Shown: positions 1 to 9,836, counted from the first letter of the stretch. The stretch is 32,000 bases of DNA from Wolbachia endosymbiont of Cimex lectularius (GCF_000829315.1 NZ_AP013028.1:840001-872000), one strand, 5' to 3'. Notes: a model not told the origin generated them from the letters alone. Numbers and translations are program-made.

Positions 1-93
1 TGCAGCACATTCTTTTTGGACAAAAGCTACATTATCATAAGACGAGCTTGCTCTGTTAAAATTGTCCTGTATGTATCTCTTTTGTAATTCCAT
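1..93 (-). CDS. bioC: Biotin synthesis methyltransferase BioC, N-terminal 31 codons only (runs off the window)
   Basis: Minus-strand ATG at 93 gives MELQKRYIQDNFNRASSSYDNVAFVQKECAA, resembling the BioC N-terminus (F-x-RA-A/S-S-Y). Overlaps the 3' end of the bioH-like ORF and lies in a biotin locus. Confidence 0.7.
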   Translation of the reverse strand, partial: MELQKRYIQDNFNRASSSYDNVAFVQKECAA

Positions 94-709
94 TACAAAA
101 ACTTATAATTTGCTCGTACACAAAATGATATTCACATAACCCTAGACTATGGTAACCTCTGCTATGCATAACAACTTTAACATCTTTATTGAAGTTATCA
201 TAGATAAGTTCCTGGGGTACAATTGTATCATTTGTTGCACCTAATATTAATAGTGGTATGTGTGGTAGCTGATGTACTGTGGTGAGTAGCTCTAAATCTT
301 GCATTAGTTTTGCTTTATTCAACCGATTGAAAGAGTTGTAGTTTAAGCCGCATCTTTTATGGAAGGACATCAGGGTATCTACTGGATCCATTTGAAAGTG
401 CTGTATCATTGCTTTTAGCTCTAACTTGCGTTTTTTGTGTAACCATAAATCAAATCCCAAAAAATTGATAAAAGCTTGTATACCGATAAGTGCGTTAAAT
501 TTTACATTCAAGGAAGCTAGTTTTATCAGTCCAAGGGAATGTCCAATACCAATAAATGTACTATCTTCTGGTAAGTTCAAATTTTCTTCTCCAAAGTAAC
601 CAAGATCTAAACAATGGCAGGGAACTTGAGAGAAATATTTATTTATGAGAGGTTGAAAAAACTTATAATCAAACCCCCAACCGTGACAAAACACAAAGCG
701 ATAGTTCAT
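56..709 (-). CDS. bioH: Alpha/beta hydrolase-like carboxylesterase, BioH/BioG-type role in the biotin locus
   Basis: 217 aa ORF; HGWGFD near the N-terminus, nucleophile-elbow-like GHSLG, late His in GYHSLG; located between bioC and bioF. Confidence 0.72.
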   Translation of the reverse strand: MNYRFVFCHGWGFDYKFFQPLINKYFSQVPCHCLDLGYFGEENLNLPEDSTFIGIGHSLGLIKLASLNVKFNALIGIQAFINFLGFDLWLHKKRKLELKAMIQHFQMDPVDTLMSFHKRCGLNYNSFNRLNKAKLMQDLELLTTVHQLPHIPLLILGATNDTIVPQELIYDNFNKDVKVVMHSRGYHSLGLCEYHFVYEQIISFCNGITKEIHTGQF

Positions 710-1899
710 ATTTGCTGAAGAGCATGCACTAAATGGTTTAGGTTGTTTTCAGTGTGATTCACATTGAGTGCAATGCGCAATCTTGACGTTCCAGGCGAAA
801 CAGTAGGTGGGCGTATAGCAGAAACAACCAACCCTTGTTTCAAAAGCTTTTCTTTTGCACTCATTACAATATTTTCATCACCTAGAATTATTGGTATAAT
901 GTGTGTGACTGAATCACCTGTATTAAATCCAAGATTTTGCAAATTATTTCTTAAACTTGCAGCTTTAAAAGATAAAGCCTGGCGTTGATCAGCAAGATGT
1001 TGCACTAAATCCCAAGCCTTGGCTGCTGCACCAATTACCATTGGAGAAAGAGAGGTTGAATAGATAAACCCTGGACATTTGTTGATTAGGTAATTCTTTA
1101 TAACATTAGAACAAGCAACATACGCGCCAAAGCACCCTAGGGCTTTACTAAAAGTGCCTAAGATTAAATGTGGAATTTCCTGAAGATTAATGCTGGTAGA
1201 TAAGCCATACCCATTGTGACCAATAATACCTGTTGCATGAGCTTCATCTAAATATAGAAAAGCTTCATGTTCTTTGCTCAGAGCAAAAATTTTTTCTATT
1301 GGTGCGATGTCTCCGTCCATACCAAAGATTGTTTCAGTAACAATGAACTTTGGTCTTAAGTCATTTTTGAATTTTGTAAGTAAATTGCTTAAGTGATCTG
1401 CATCATTGTGTTGATATCGTACAAGTTCAGCGTTGCTCAAAAATACAGCTTGATATAAGCTTGCATGATTTAACTTATCAAAAAAAACAATAGGTTTGTT
1501 ACCAAGCACTGATTGATCGAGTAGGCTTGCAAGAACCGTTACATTGGCCTGAAAACCTGAATTGAAAATAAGAACTGACTCAGTTCCTTTGTCTTGGGCA
1601 ATTCTCTTCTCAAGGTCTTCAAATATTTTTTTATTACCTGAGAGCAACCGAGAACCAGTGGATCCTACTCCAAACTGTGCTCCAGAGAGCTTTGCTGCAT
1701 CAAACAGTGCTTCCGACTGACTTAGACCAAGATAATCGTTGGTAGAAAAGTCAATGAAGCTCCCCAAGATAGCTTTCGGCAACTGTCGATATTTTCCTTT
1801 ACTTTGTAGTATATTACAGTATTTATTATATAACAATCTATTTACCAAGAAGGAGCTTAGATCATGACAGAAGAATGGACTTTTGCCAAGGCAGACCAA
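706..1899 (-). CDS. bioF: 8-amino-7-oxononanoate synthase (start uncertain; the given start is TTG and overlaps bioB)
   Basis: [48 protein letters not shown]: PLP-dependent BioF family motifs. 4-bp overlap with the bioH-like ORF. Confidence 0.92.
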   Translation of the reverse strand: MVCLGKSPFFCHDLSSFLVNRLLYNKYCNILQSKGKYRQLPKAILGSFIDFSTNDYLGLSQSEALFDAAKLSGAQFGVGSTGSRLLSGNKKIFEDLEKRIAQDKGTESVLIFNSGFQANVTVLASLLDQSVLGNKPIVFFDKLNHASLYQAVFLSNAELVRYQHNDADHLSNLLTKFKNDLRPKFIVTETIFGMDGDIAPIEKIFALSKEHEAFLYLDEAHATGIIGHNGYGLSTSINLQEIPHLILGTFSKALGCFGAYVACSNVIKNYLINKCPGFIYSTSLSPMVIGAAAKAWDLVQHLADQRQALSFKAASLRNNLQNLGFNTGDSVTHIIPIILGDENIVMSAKEKLLKQGLVVSAIRPPTVSPGTSRLRIALNVNHTENNLNHLVHALQQI

Positions 1900-2817
1900 A
1901 TCTTTAATTTTCCGTTTCCTGAGCTAATTTATATAGCACAAACAGAACATAGAAAGCAGTTTAATCCTAGTGAAGTGCAAATTAGTACGCTTTTGAGTAT
2001 TAAAACAGGTAGCTGCCCGGAAAATTGTTCCTACTGTCCCCAATCAGCACACTATAACACTGGTTTGCAAAAAAAGCCTTTGTTAGAAATTGCCGAGGTA
2101 ATTGAAGCGGCAAAATGTGCAAAAGAGGCTGGAAGTACTCGTTTCTGTATGGGAGCAGCTTGGCGTGGTCCACGTGATCAAGATTTAAAAGTTGTTTGCG
2201 AAATGATTAGGGAAGTGAAGAAGTTGGGTCTTGAAACGTGTGTGACTCTTGGGTTGTTAAAAGATCATCAAGCTAATATGCTAAAGGAAGCCGGCTTAGA
2301 TTTTTATAACCATAATATTGACACATCCGAAGAATATTATAATAAGGTCATAACTACACGTACTTTTCAGGATCGCTTGGAGACATTGGAATGCGTACGC
2401 GCATCTGGCATTAAGGTCTGTTGTGGCGGCATTCTTGGCATGGGTGAGACTAATGAAGATCGAATAAAAATGTTAGTTCTTCTTGCGAATTTGAATGATC
2501 CTCCAGAATCAGTACCAATTAATACGCTGATAAAAATTCCCGGAACTCCTCTTGAGAATGTGGCTGATGTTGATCCGTTTGATTTTGTTCGTACTATTGC
2601 AATAGCCAGAATTATCATGCCAAAGTCCTACATCCGCTTATCAGCTGGGCGAGAGAAAATGTCGGATGAACTGCAAGCATTATGTTTCCTCGCTGGCGCC
2701 AATTCGATTTTTTACGGTGAAAAACTACTTACAGCTCAAAATCCAATACCTGAACAAGACAATCATTTATTCCAAAGGTTGGGATTGCAAAAACTGGCTC
2801 TACTCAGAGAAAATTGA
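1864..2817 (+). CDS. bioB: Biotin synthase (radical SAM)
   Basis: 317 aa; [11 protein letters not shown] radical SAM motif, [19 protein letters not shown]; AAGGAG ribosome-binding site just upstream of the ATG. Confidence 0.96.
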   Translation: MTEEWTFAKADQIFNFPFPELIYIAQTEHRKQFNPSEVQISTLLSIKTGSCPENCSYCPQSAHYNTGLQKKPLLEIAEVIEAAKCAKEAGSTRFCMGAAWRGPRDQDLKVVCEMIREVKKLGLETCVTLGLLKDHQANMLKEAGLDFYNHNIDTSEEYYNKVITTRTFQDRLETLECVRASGIKVCCGGILGMGETNEDRIKMLVLLANLNDPPESVPINTLIKIPGTPLENVADVDPFDFVRTIAIARIIMPKSYIRLSAGREKMSDELQALCFLAGANSIFYGEKLLTAQNPIPEQDNHLFQRLGLQKLALLREN

Positions 2818-2826
2818 GAATACTTT

Positions 2827-2873
2827 TTGCAAATAGAATGATTCTAATAATAAAAAGCTCATTCTATTTGCAA
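2827..2873 (+). terminator. Long inverted repeat after bioB (terminator-like or processing hairpin)
   Basis: TTGCAAATAGAATGA (2827-2841) and TCATTCTATTTGCAA (2859-2873): perfect 15-bp arms with a 17-nt loop, 10 nt after the bioB stop. Confidence 0.6.
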
Positions 2874-3084
2874 TATAAAATTGTCATGGATTCTCCATTG
2901 TTCCCAAATGAATTAATGAAATTGAGCATCAGTGGTTTACTATAAAAAATAGAGCTAGGAAAAATATCCCTATTTTTAGCTCTTTTCGTCAAGCTGTCGA
3001 TTCTGCGTTCCTTGCGATGTTAAAGCTGATCAAATAAGTAGTGTTGATAAAGTATGTGCTGCCAAGGGAGGTGATGCTGGGTTC

Positions 3085-3258
3085 ACTGCCATTAAGTTAA
3101 GGAAAGAGGAGTTAAGATTAGACAAAAAAACTTGAAGTGATTGGGTAATTATGATGAATTTTTAGGCAAATAAAATCCAAGAGATTTGAAAAAATAACAA
3201 TTGTAGACTGTTTGGGACGAAAGACGTAGCACTCAACTTTTCTTAACTTAATGGCAGT
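3085..3258. repeat. 174-bp segment bounded by a perfect 17-bp inverted repeat
   Basis: ACTGCCATTAAGTTAAG (3085-3101) and CTTAACTTAATGGCAGT (3242-3258). Confidence 0.6.
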
Positions 3259-3306
3259 AAGGGCTACTTGGATGACACCCTTGTGTTTATTGCAAAATTA
3301 TGGCGT

Positions 3307-4380
3307 CTAACTCAAATCTATATTGACATGTCCCATTTTACGCTTATCCCTGACCTCTTTCTTTCCGTATATGGTCAAACTGGCTTTTCTGTCGCTCAAA
3401 TACTTGTGGAAATCATATATATCACTACCTATTATGTTCTTCGTCATGCAAGGAAAGCGTAACGCTACTTCCTGCATAGGTAACCCGCATATTACCCTAA
3501 CCAATTGCTCAAACTGACTAACGCTACATGCATCCAAACTCCAGTGGCAGGAATTGTGAGGTCTTGGAGCTAGTTCGTTAACTAGCAGCTCATTATTTTT
3601 AGTAATGAAAAATTCAATAGCAAGGATTCCTACTACATCAAGCGCACCTGCTATCTTCTCTGCGGTTTGTTGTACCTCTTGAGCTAATTTACCATCTATT
3701 TTGGCCGGCACTGTTGAAGTATCAAGTATTCCATCAACGTGGTGATTTTCTGCTATAGGAAAAAAAGTTACTTTACCGTTTTTATCTCTTGCAATAATTA
3801 TTGAAACCTCTTTTAGTAAATCAACACCTGCTTCGAGGATATACTTTGTGTTCCAATCAAAGGAAACAAATTGTTTCGCTTCAGAATCATTCTCGATCAC
3901 ATATTGTCCTTTTCCATCGTAACCCATTTCTGTTGTTTTCAGCCTTATTGGGTAGCCAAAAGTCCTACTGCTTTCTAATAGCTCATCATAATTTTGTATA
4001 CTTTTATAATCAGCGGTTTTTATACCCAAATCTCTAATAAAGTCTTTTTCTCTCAGCCTGTTTTGTGAAATATGTAATGCTTTTTTACCCGGATAAAAAT
4101 CTGCATGCTGTGATATAATATCAACTGCGTCACAAGGAATATTTTCAGATTCAATAGTGACTAAATCCACGCTCTGTGCAAAAGATACAAGTGCCTTCTT
4201 ATCAGAAAAATCTGCTATTGTTACACTACCGGCAACAGAGCAAGCTGGATCACCCTTGGCATGGGCAAAAATATGTGTTTTTTGTCCAAGTTTTGTTGCA
4301 GCAATAGCAGTCATCTTACCTAATTGTCCGCTACCTATTATCCCTATTACTCTTTTGCCGAGCATATCTGATCCGTCCAT
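3307..4380 (-). CDS. purK: 5-(carboxyamino)imidazole ribonucleotide synthase
   Basis: 357 aa; IGIIGSGQLGKM, ATP-grasp features (YPIRLKTTEMGYDGKGQYVI, NELAPRPHNSCHW), C-terminal KMGHVNI. Confidence 0.93.
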   Translation of the reverse strand: MDGSDMLGKRVIGIIGSGQLGKMTAIAATKLGQKTHIFAHAKGDPACSVAGSVTIADFSDKKALVSFAQSVDLVTIESENIPCDAVDIISQHADFYPGKKALHISQNRLREKDFIRDLGIKTADYKSIQNYDELLESSRTFGYPIRLKTTEMGYDGKGQYVIENDSEAKQFVSFDWNTKYILEAGVDLLKEVSIIIARDKNGKVTFFPIAENHHVDGILDTSTVPAKIDGKLAQEVQQTAEKIAGALDVVGILAIEFFITKNNELLVNELAPRPHNSCHWSLDACSVSQFEQLVRVICGLPMQEVALRFPCMTKNIIGSDIYDFHKYLSDRKASLTIYGKKEVRDKRKMGHVNIDLS

Positions 4381-4441
4381 ATTATCACTGCTAATTAGAA
4401 TACGATAACATGCTTGAAGAATCCACGAAAATAGTGTATAA

Positions 4442-4873
4442 TTGAGTGTTGTTTTTTTAAATCATAATATGGCTCTAGAATACATACTTACTACTAACTC
4501 TGTTGAAGTTACAGTTCTACCAGTTTATATCGAGGAACAATCTATCCCTTATGAAAATTGCTATGTGTGGATATACAATGTTAAGATAAAAAATAAAAGC
4601 TCGTCAACTATTCAATTGCTGAGCCGCAATTGGCAGATAATAGATTACAAAGGGAAGGTGAATGAAATTGCAGGTGCTGGTGTTATTGGAGAGCAGCCTG
4701 TGATAAAACCTGGAGAAGTATTTAGGTACACGAGCGGGACATACTTAAACGCACCATCGGGAATAATGCAAGGTAGGTACGAATTTCTAAATGAAGAAAG
4801 CACAAAGGTCTTTGAGGTCATGATACCGCCTTTTTCTTTGGATAGTCCATACATAAACTCTAGACCGCACTAG
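4442..4873 (+). CDS. apaG: ApaG-domain protein
   Basis: VYIEEQSIP...[68 protein letters not shown] matches the ApaG family. Confidence 0.9.
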   Translation: MSVVFLNHNMALEYILTTNSVEVTVLPVYIEEQSIPYENCYVWIYNVKIKNKSSSTIQLLSRNWQIIDYKGKVNEIAGAGVIGEQPVIKPGEVFRYTSGTYLNAPSGIMQGRYEFLNEESTKVFEVMIPPFSLDSPYINSRPH

Positions 4874-4894
4874 ATCTAGTGAACTCATCAAAAT

Positions 4895-6493
4895 TTATTT
4901 TTTACTCCCATCGTCGAGCTTAAATAAGATCATTGTGGAGATTAAGCCGATCATAACTATCATTAACGAAAACGGGGCAGCCTCTCTGTAGCGCTCATCG
5001 CTTACAAGCTCATATATTCTAGTTGATATAGTTTCAAAATTAAATGGCCTGATAATGAGTGTTGCCGTGAGTTCCTTGATAGTATCCATAAACACGAGCA
5101 AAAACCCCGACAGTATACTTTTCCTGATGAGAGGAATATGAACATTCAGACACGTGGAAATAGGTCCATGACCCATAGTATACGCGGTCCACTCAATTTC
5201 ATTTGGTGTTTTTTTGAGCCCTGATTCTATTGCTTTAAAAGATATAGCAAAAAAACGAAATAAATACGAGTAAATCAAAGCACCAACAGTTCCTACTAGG
5301 CTCACTTCCACTATATATTGAGTAACAAAGGAAGATATCTTGCTTAAAAATATTATTATACTAATTGCAATAATCGCATTTGGAATTGCGTAGCCTAAGG
5401 AAATAAGACGTGCTACACTACTGATTGCCCTATTTTTACGCGCCGCATATCCAATCATTATTGCAATGCTAATTGAGATTAGCGCAGTAACAAATGATAA
5501 ACTAAAGCTATTTGCTATTATGCTATAGAATCTTGCCTCATATATGAAAAACCCCTTCTCTATACTCCAATATATCAGTGGAATAACTGGTAAAGCAAAA
5601 CCTATTAATATTGGCAATACACACATGATATAAGCAAAGATCAATGGCACAGTACCATTTATACTGCGCTTGTTGTGGTAGTCTGAATTAGTACTGATTG
5701 CAGAATAGGAGATCCCCCTTTTTTGCAGGATTTTTTCAATAGTTATTAGTGTTGCAATGAAGATCAATTCTGCAACTGCTAAAACAGTAGCTGAATATTT
5801 ATCATGCAGCAAAAACCAGGTGCGATATACTCCTGTTGTAAAAGTATCAATTGCAAGAAACTGTGGTGTACCAAAATCCGTAATTACTTCCATTAGCACC
5901 AAGGATAATCCAGCTATAATTGATGGACGTATAGAGGGTATTATGACAGAAAATAAGCTCTGCAGTGAGGAGAACCCAAGTGTCGATGCAATAGTAACTG
6001 AGTTGCTAACGTTCCTTAGACTTGAGCGGACCAATATGTAAACGTATGGATATAAACTGAATCCCATCACTAATATTCCACCACCTAAAGATTTGATCTC
6101 GGGAAACCAATAATCGCCTTTGCTCCACTCTAAAATTTCTCTTAACAAACTCTGAATCGGACCTGAAAACTCTAGCGTGTTTACATAGACAAACGCTACT
6201 ATATACCCAGGAATCGATAACGGAAAAAACAAAGCAATCTCAAAAATTCTACTCCCAGGAAATGAAAAAAATGTGGTGAGCCACGCTGGTATCACTCCAA
6301 ATATAAAAGATATACTTCCAACCCCTATCATCAAGATTAACGTATTCAGTATGTATTCAGGAAAAAGTGTACTGATTACCCACCCAGAATCTACCGATTT
6401 TGTAAATAGAATCGATATTAACGATAATATAGGACAAATAAATAATATACTTATTAGAAATAAGAATATATTTTTAAATATTCTTAAAAGCAT
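4895..6493 (-). CDS. ABC transporter permease, Fe3+/binding-protein-dependent type (FbpB/SfuB-like)
   Basis: 532 aa multi-TM ORF with two homologous halves, each carrying a permease EAA-like region (EIALFFPLSIPGYIVAFVYV...; EWTAYTMGHGPISTCLNVHIPLIRKSILSGFLLVFMDTIKELTATLIIRPFNFETIS). Confidence 0.85.
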   Translation of the reverse strand: MLLRIFKNIFLFLISILFICPILSLISILFTKSVDSGWVISTLFPEYILNTLILMIGVGSISFIFGVIPAWLTTFFSFPGSRIFEIALFFPLSIPGYIVAFVYVNTLEFSGPIQSLLREILEWSKGDYWFPEIKSLGGGILVMGFSLYPYVYILVRSSLRNVSNSVTIASTLGFSSLQSLFSVIIPSIRPSIIAGLSLVLMEVITDFGTPQFLAIDTFTTGVYRTWFLLHDKYSATVLAVAELIFIATLITIEKILQKRGISYSAISTNSDYHNKRSINGTVPLIFAYIMCVLPILIGFALPVIPLIYWSIEKGFFIYEARFYSIIANSFSLSFVTALISISIAIMIGYAARKNRAISSVARLISLGYAIPNAIIAISIIIFLSKISSFVTQYIVEVSLVGTVGALIYSYLFRFFAISFKAIESGLKKTPNEIEWTAYTMGHGPISTCLNVHIPLIRKSILSGFLLVFMDTIKELTATLIIRPFNFETISTRIYELVSDERYREAAPFSLMIVMIGLISTMILFKLDDGSKK

Positions 6494-6614
6494 TAAATTA
6501 AATCCACACTTAATATTAAAATGTTATATGCAAAAGCTGAAGATATCCAGAGCTGATCTATTGAATATCTTTATAATTTTATATATTATATTCTAAGTTG
6601 ATAAGTTAATAATC

Positions 6615-7421
6615 ATGAGCTTTGTCATAGCAACTTTCTACCATTTTGTAGAACTCTCTAACTATTATGACATGAAAGATGAAATAAAAGCTGCATGCGA
6701 TGATGTTGAGCTTAAGGGTACTATACTCCTTGCAGAGGAGGGCATCAACGCAACCATATCCGGTGGAAGAAACGCTATTGATAAAACATTTGATTTTCTA
6801 CGTTCTGATTATAGGCTGAAAGATCTTACGTGGAAAGAAAGTGCAGCAGAATATCAACCATTTAGTAAGATGAAAGTGAGGTTAAAAAGAGAAATTGTAA
6901 ATCTCGGTGTAGACAATCTCGATATTTCTCTTAGAGGCAAATATGTTGATCCAGAGTATTGGGATGATTTTATCTCTCGACCTGACGTTTTAGTAATAGA
7001 CACACGAAATGAGTACGAAGTAAAATTAGGCAAGTTTAAAAATGTAATTAATCCACACACTCAATGTTTCCGTGAGTTTCCTCAGTGGGCAAAGTCATTT
7101 TCTGAGAATAAAGACCTGAAAGTGGCTATGTACTGCACTGGTGGAATAAGATGTGAGAAATCTACAGCATACATGAAAAGCCTTGGATTTAACGATGTGT
7201 ACCATCTTAAAGGTGGTATTCTTTCTTATCTTGAAAACACTCATAATAAAAATGGTAATTGGGAAGGTGAATGTTTTGTTTTTGACGATAGAATTGCCGT
7301 TAGTAACTCACTTGCCCCAAGCGATAAAATAAAATGCATATTTTGCTCAAATCAAGTTCCAACTGGTGAACTGAAATCAGTCTCACGTGGTCAGGTGGTT
7401 TGCTCTGATTGTAAAGCTTAA
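6615..7421 (+). CDS. trhO: Rhodanese-domain tRNA uridine hydroxylase (TrhO/YceA family)
   Basis: 268 aa; LLAEEGINATISG, VIDTRNEYE, MYCTGGIRCEKSTAYM, FDDRIAV and a C-terminal Cys-rich CIFC...C motif. Confidence 0.88.
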   Translation: MSFVIATFYHFVELSNYYDMKDEIKAACDDVELKGTILLAEEGINATISGGRNAIDKTFDFLRSDYRLKDLTWKESAAEYQPFSKMKVRLKREIVNLGVDNLDISLRGKYVDPEYWDDFISRPDVLVIDTRNEYEVKLGKFKNVINPHTQCFREFPQWAKSFSENKDLKVAMYCTGGIRCEKSTAYMKSLGFNDVYHLKGGILSYLENTHNKNGNWEGECFVFDDRIAVSNSLAPSDKIKCIFCSNQVPTGELKSVSRGQVVCSDCKA

Positions 7422-8251
7422 CAATTAAAAACTGGATTTATCTGTACGTGTCTATTCAGCTAAGCGGTTAACTCGTAACTTCCTCTTTGAGTTGCGCAAT
7501 TTCAGCTCTAGAAAGACCAGTAGTTTGGGCTATGATATCAATAGAAACTCCTGCTTTAAGTAGGTTTTTGGCTACAGCTATTTTAGCCTGTTGTTCGCCT
7601 TCTGCTCTGCCTCTTTCTTCGCCGATTTGGATGCCTTCTTGTCTGCCTTTTTCAGTAGCATCATCAAGTTTTTGAGCGAGGATGCCTTCTTCTTTGCGTA
7701 GGTCCATTAATCTTTCTTCATATGCTATTAGATCTTTCTCATTCCAGCGAAACTTGTCTAACTCATCATACGCTAGCTTTATTATTGGTGATTTTTCTGC
7801 TATATTCCTTAAGTCTTCATCTGTAGTATCCTCTGCATACTTGAAAAAGAAACACCACCTTTCTATTATGCTCTCTAGTTCCTCCACTCTGTTTTTTGCG
7901 AATTTAGGCAACTCAATAAAAACAAACTGAAAATCTTTTAAGTAATGTCCATTGGTTTTTACCTCTCGTATATTATGAGTAGAAATGTACTCAACTTCCT
8001 CAGGAAATATCGCATTATCGGAAATAGCAATAAAGAATACTGTCTTTAAATCGATGTACTCGCCACCTTTCCCAACCTGCCTTGAATAAGCTTTAGCTGC
8101 ATATAGATGAGCGCGTTTTTCGAAGCCTTTATCGCGAGCAAGCTGCATCTCAATCACGTACCTAAGCCCTCTAGAATCCTTGCAAAGAACGTCAACGATA
8201 CTCTGTTTATCGAAGGCAATTTCAGGATCCATATAGGTGCTAAGAACCTGT

Positions 8252-8608
8252 TTAAAATCTTCGTAACAGGAGAGAAATGAAGGAGAGGACTATCATCTGT
8301 AAGCTAGTGTTGAGCTTCCGCTCGCAATTTTTCCACAATCGCCTGCACTTTTCTAACCAGGCAAAAGAGCGTTCAACAACCCATCTTTTTGGCAATACGA
8401 CGAAAGTGTGTAACTCACTTCGCTTTATTACTTCAACAGTCGCACCAATGATAGCTTTTATTTGTGTTGCAAAATTTTCTCCTGTGTAGCCAGCATCAAC
8501 CAGTATGTTTTTAACTTCAGAGAGGTTTGCTTTAGCATTTTCGACCATTTTCACAGCACTGCTACGGTCAGTTGCTTCTGCCGTTGTTACATAAATTGCA
8601 TGTGGCAA
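8252..8608 (-). CDS. IS5-family transposase OrfB (catalytic part)
   Basis: ILVDAGYTGENFATQIK...[35 protein letters not shown], typical IS5 C-terminal signature. Confidence 0.93.
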   Translation of the reverse strand: MPHAIYVTTAEATDRSSAVKMVENAKANLSEVKNILVDAGYTGENFATQIKAIIGATVEVIKRSELHTFVVLPKRWVVERSFAWLEKCRRLWKNCERKLNTSLQMIVLSFISLLLRRF

Positions 8609-8726
8609 ACCTTGTGTATCAACTGCAATATGGCGCTTTATCCCTGAAATCTTTTTACCTGCATCATAGCCTTTTTTTTCAGCAGTATCTGCGTTTTTAA
8701 CGCTTTGAGAATCAATTATACAAAAG

Positions 8727-9047
8727 CTAGTTTTCTCTTTCCGACCATTGCTGATACGGACCTCTCCAACTAATTTTTTTTAAGACTAATTCCAACAAGC
8801 TTGGCTCTTCTCCATTCTTTTTACTCCACACTCGAAAATAGTAATATACGCTTTCCCATCTTGGAAAACCCTTTGGTAACATCCTCCACTGACAACCACT
8901 TTTTAAGACGTACAACACCCCACAAAATACGTCATACAAATCAAGTTTTCTTGGTTTTGTTTTCTGCTTGCTACTCTCCAAAATTGGCCTGATTTTTTCA
9001 AACTGCTCTTGACTTATATTACTTGGATAACTTTTCTGCATAGACAC
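8727..9047 (-). CDS. IS5-family transposase OrfA (DUF4096-like N-terminal)
   Basis: SYPSNISQEQFEKIRPILESSKQKTKPRKLDLYDVFCGVLYVLKSGCQWRMLPKGFPRWESVYYYFRVW. Confidence 0.93.
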   Translation of the reverse strand: MSMQKSYPSNISQEQFEKIRPILESSKQKTKPRKLDLYDVFCGVLYVLKSGCQWRMLPKGFPRWESVYYYFRVWSKKNGEEPSLLELVLKKISWRGPYQQWSEREN

Positions 9048-9370
9048 CTCATTATTAATCTATGCTTACTTTACCTCACATTTCCAAGATTTTAAACAGG
9101 TTCTAAGAAACTCAACTTCTTGTATAGTATCTATTCCAGTAAATCCTAAGATATCATTGAAAAAATGGATAAGAATGTTCTTGTTTTTCTCAGTGCCAAA
9201 GATTTTCTTGAAGGTTAAGTCCAATTTTGGATTGAGAAATTTTGATAAAGCCATGAGAAATTTACTTAAAAAGTATTAAAAATTATACACAATTCTGTAG
9301 AAATATTCAATCTTTTTGTTTTGGATGTATTGGCCTACGAACCCAAGCCTCATCTTGCATTGCAATTATA

Positions 9371-9836
9371 TTAAAAAATTTACCAAGCAAAAAAAAGCAA
9401 AAGAAGCCCCATGGTAGCTAGTTATTTACTTTTGTGTCGAAATATCAGCGTTTTTTTTATTCTAAACGCTTGATGAATGCGACTTAGCTGCTTTTTAATG
9501 CAACTAACCTTAGCTGCAAACGTTAAAAAAATTTACTAAACAGAAAAAAAAGCAAAAGAAACCCCGGTAGCTAGTTATTTACTATCTATCCTATAATATT
9601 GGCGTTTTTTTATGTTTTAAACGACTTATAAGCGCGTTTGAGCTTGTATAGGTAAAAAACCAGAAGTTTTAAAAAGACGTGAGATGCACATAGTGCAAAA
9701 ATTTAAACATGAGACGCCAGATATACTAAGTTTTTTGTCGTTTAATCTGCACAGACTGAAGATAAATAATAACTTCAACCTTATGATAATGGGTTTGGAG
9801 GAACCTGTCAAGTAGTTTTTTGTTCTGTTTCTATGG
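9371..9836 (-). repeat. Dispersed non-coding repeat, full-length relative to 25745-26191, opposite orientation
   Basis: Shared strings such as AAGCAAAAGAAGCCCC, GGTAGCTAGTTATT, TTTTAAACGACTTATAAGCGCGTTT, CTGTCAAGTAGTTTTTTGTTC; contains an internal partial duplication of the AGCAAAAGAA...GTAGCTAGTTATTTACT unit. Confidence 0.8.

Larger units (their letters stand above)
8244..9103 (-). mobile_element. IS5-family insertion sequence, copy 1 (860 bp), TAA target duplication
   Basis: Ends GAACCTGTTTAAAATCTT / AAGATTTTAAACAGGTTC; TAA on both flanks (8241-8243 and 9104-9106); two overlapping transposase ORFs at 8727-9047 and 8252-8608. Confidence 0.95.
7468..9254 (-). pseudogene. Rpn-family recombination-promoting nuclease / PD-(D/E)XK transposase-family protein, split by an IS5-family insertion
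   Basis: N-terminal part 9254->9105 (MALSKFLNPKLDLTFKKIFGTEKN...EVEFL) and the remainder 8232->7468 (MDPEIAFDKQSIVDVLCKDSRGLRYVIEMQLARDKGFEKRA...). Removing the IS plus one TAA repeat rejoins them in frame as ...EVEFL-STY-MDPEIAF..., 307 aa. Confidence 0.9.

Noticed and set aside
3268-4408. Small plus-strand ORFs over purK
   Set aside because: They are antisense to a well-supported purK frame and have no features of their own.
8277-8992. Plus-strand ORFs inside IS copy 1 (and equivalents in the other IS copies)
   Set aside because: They are the complement of transposase genes and recur only because the IS recurs.
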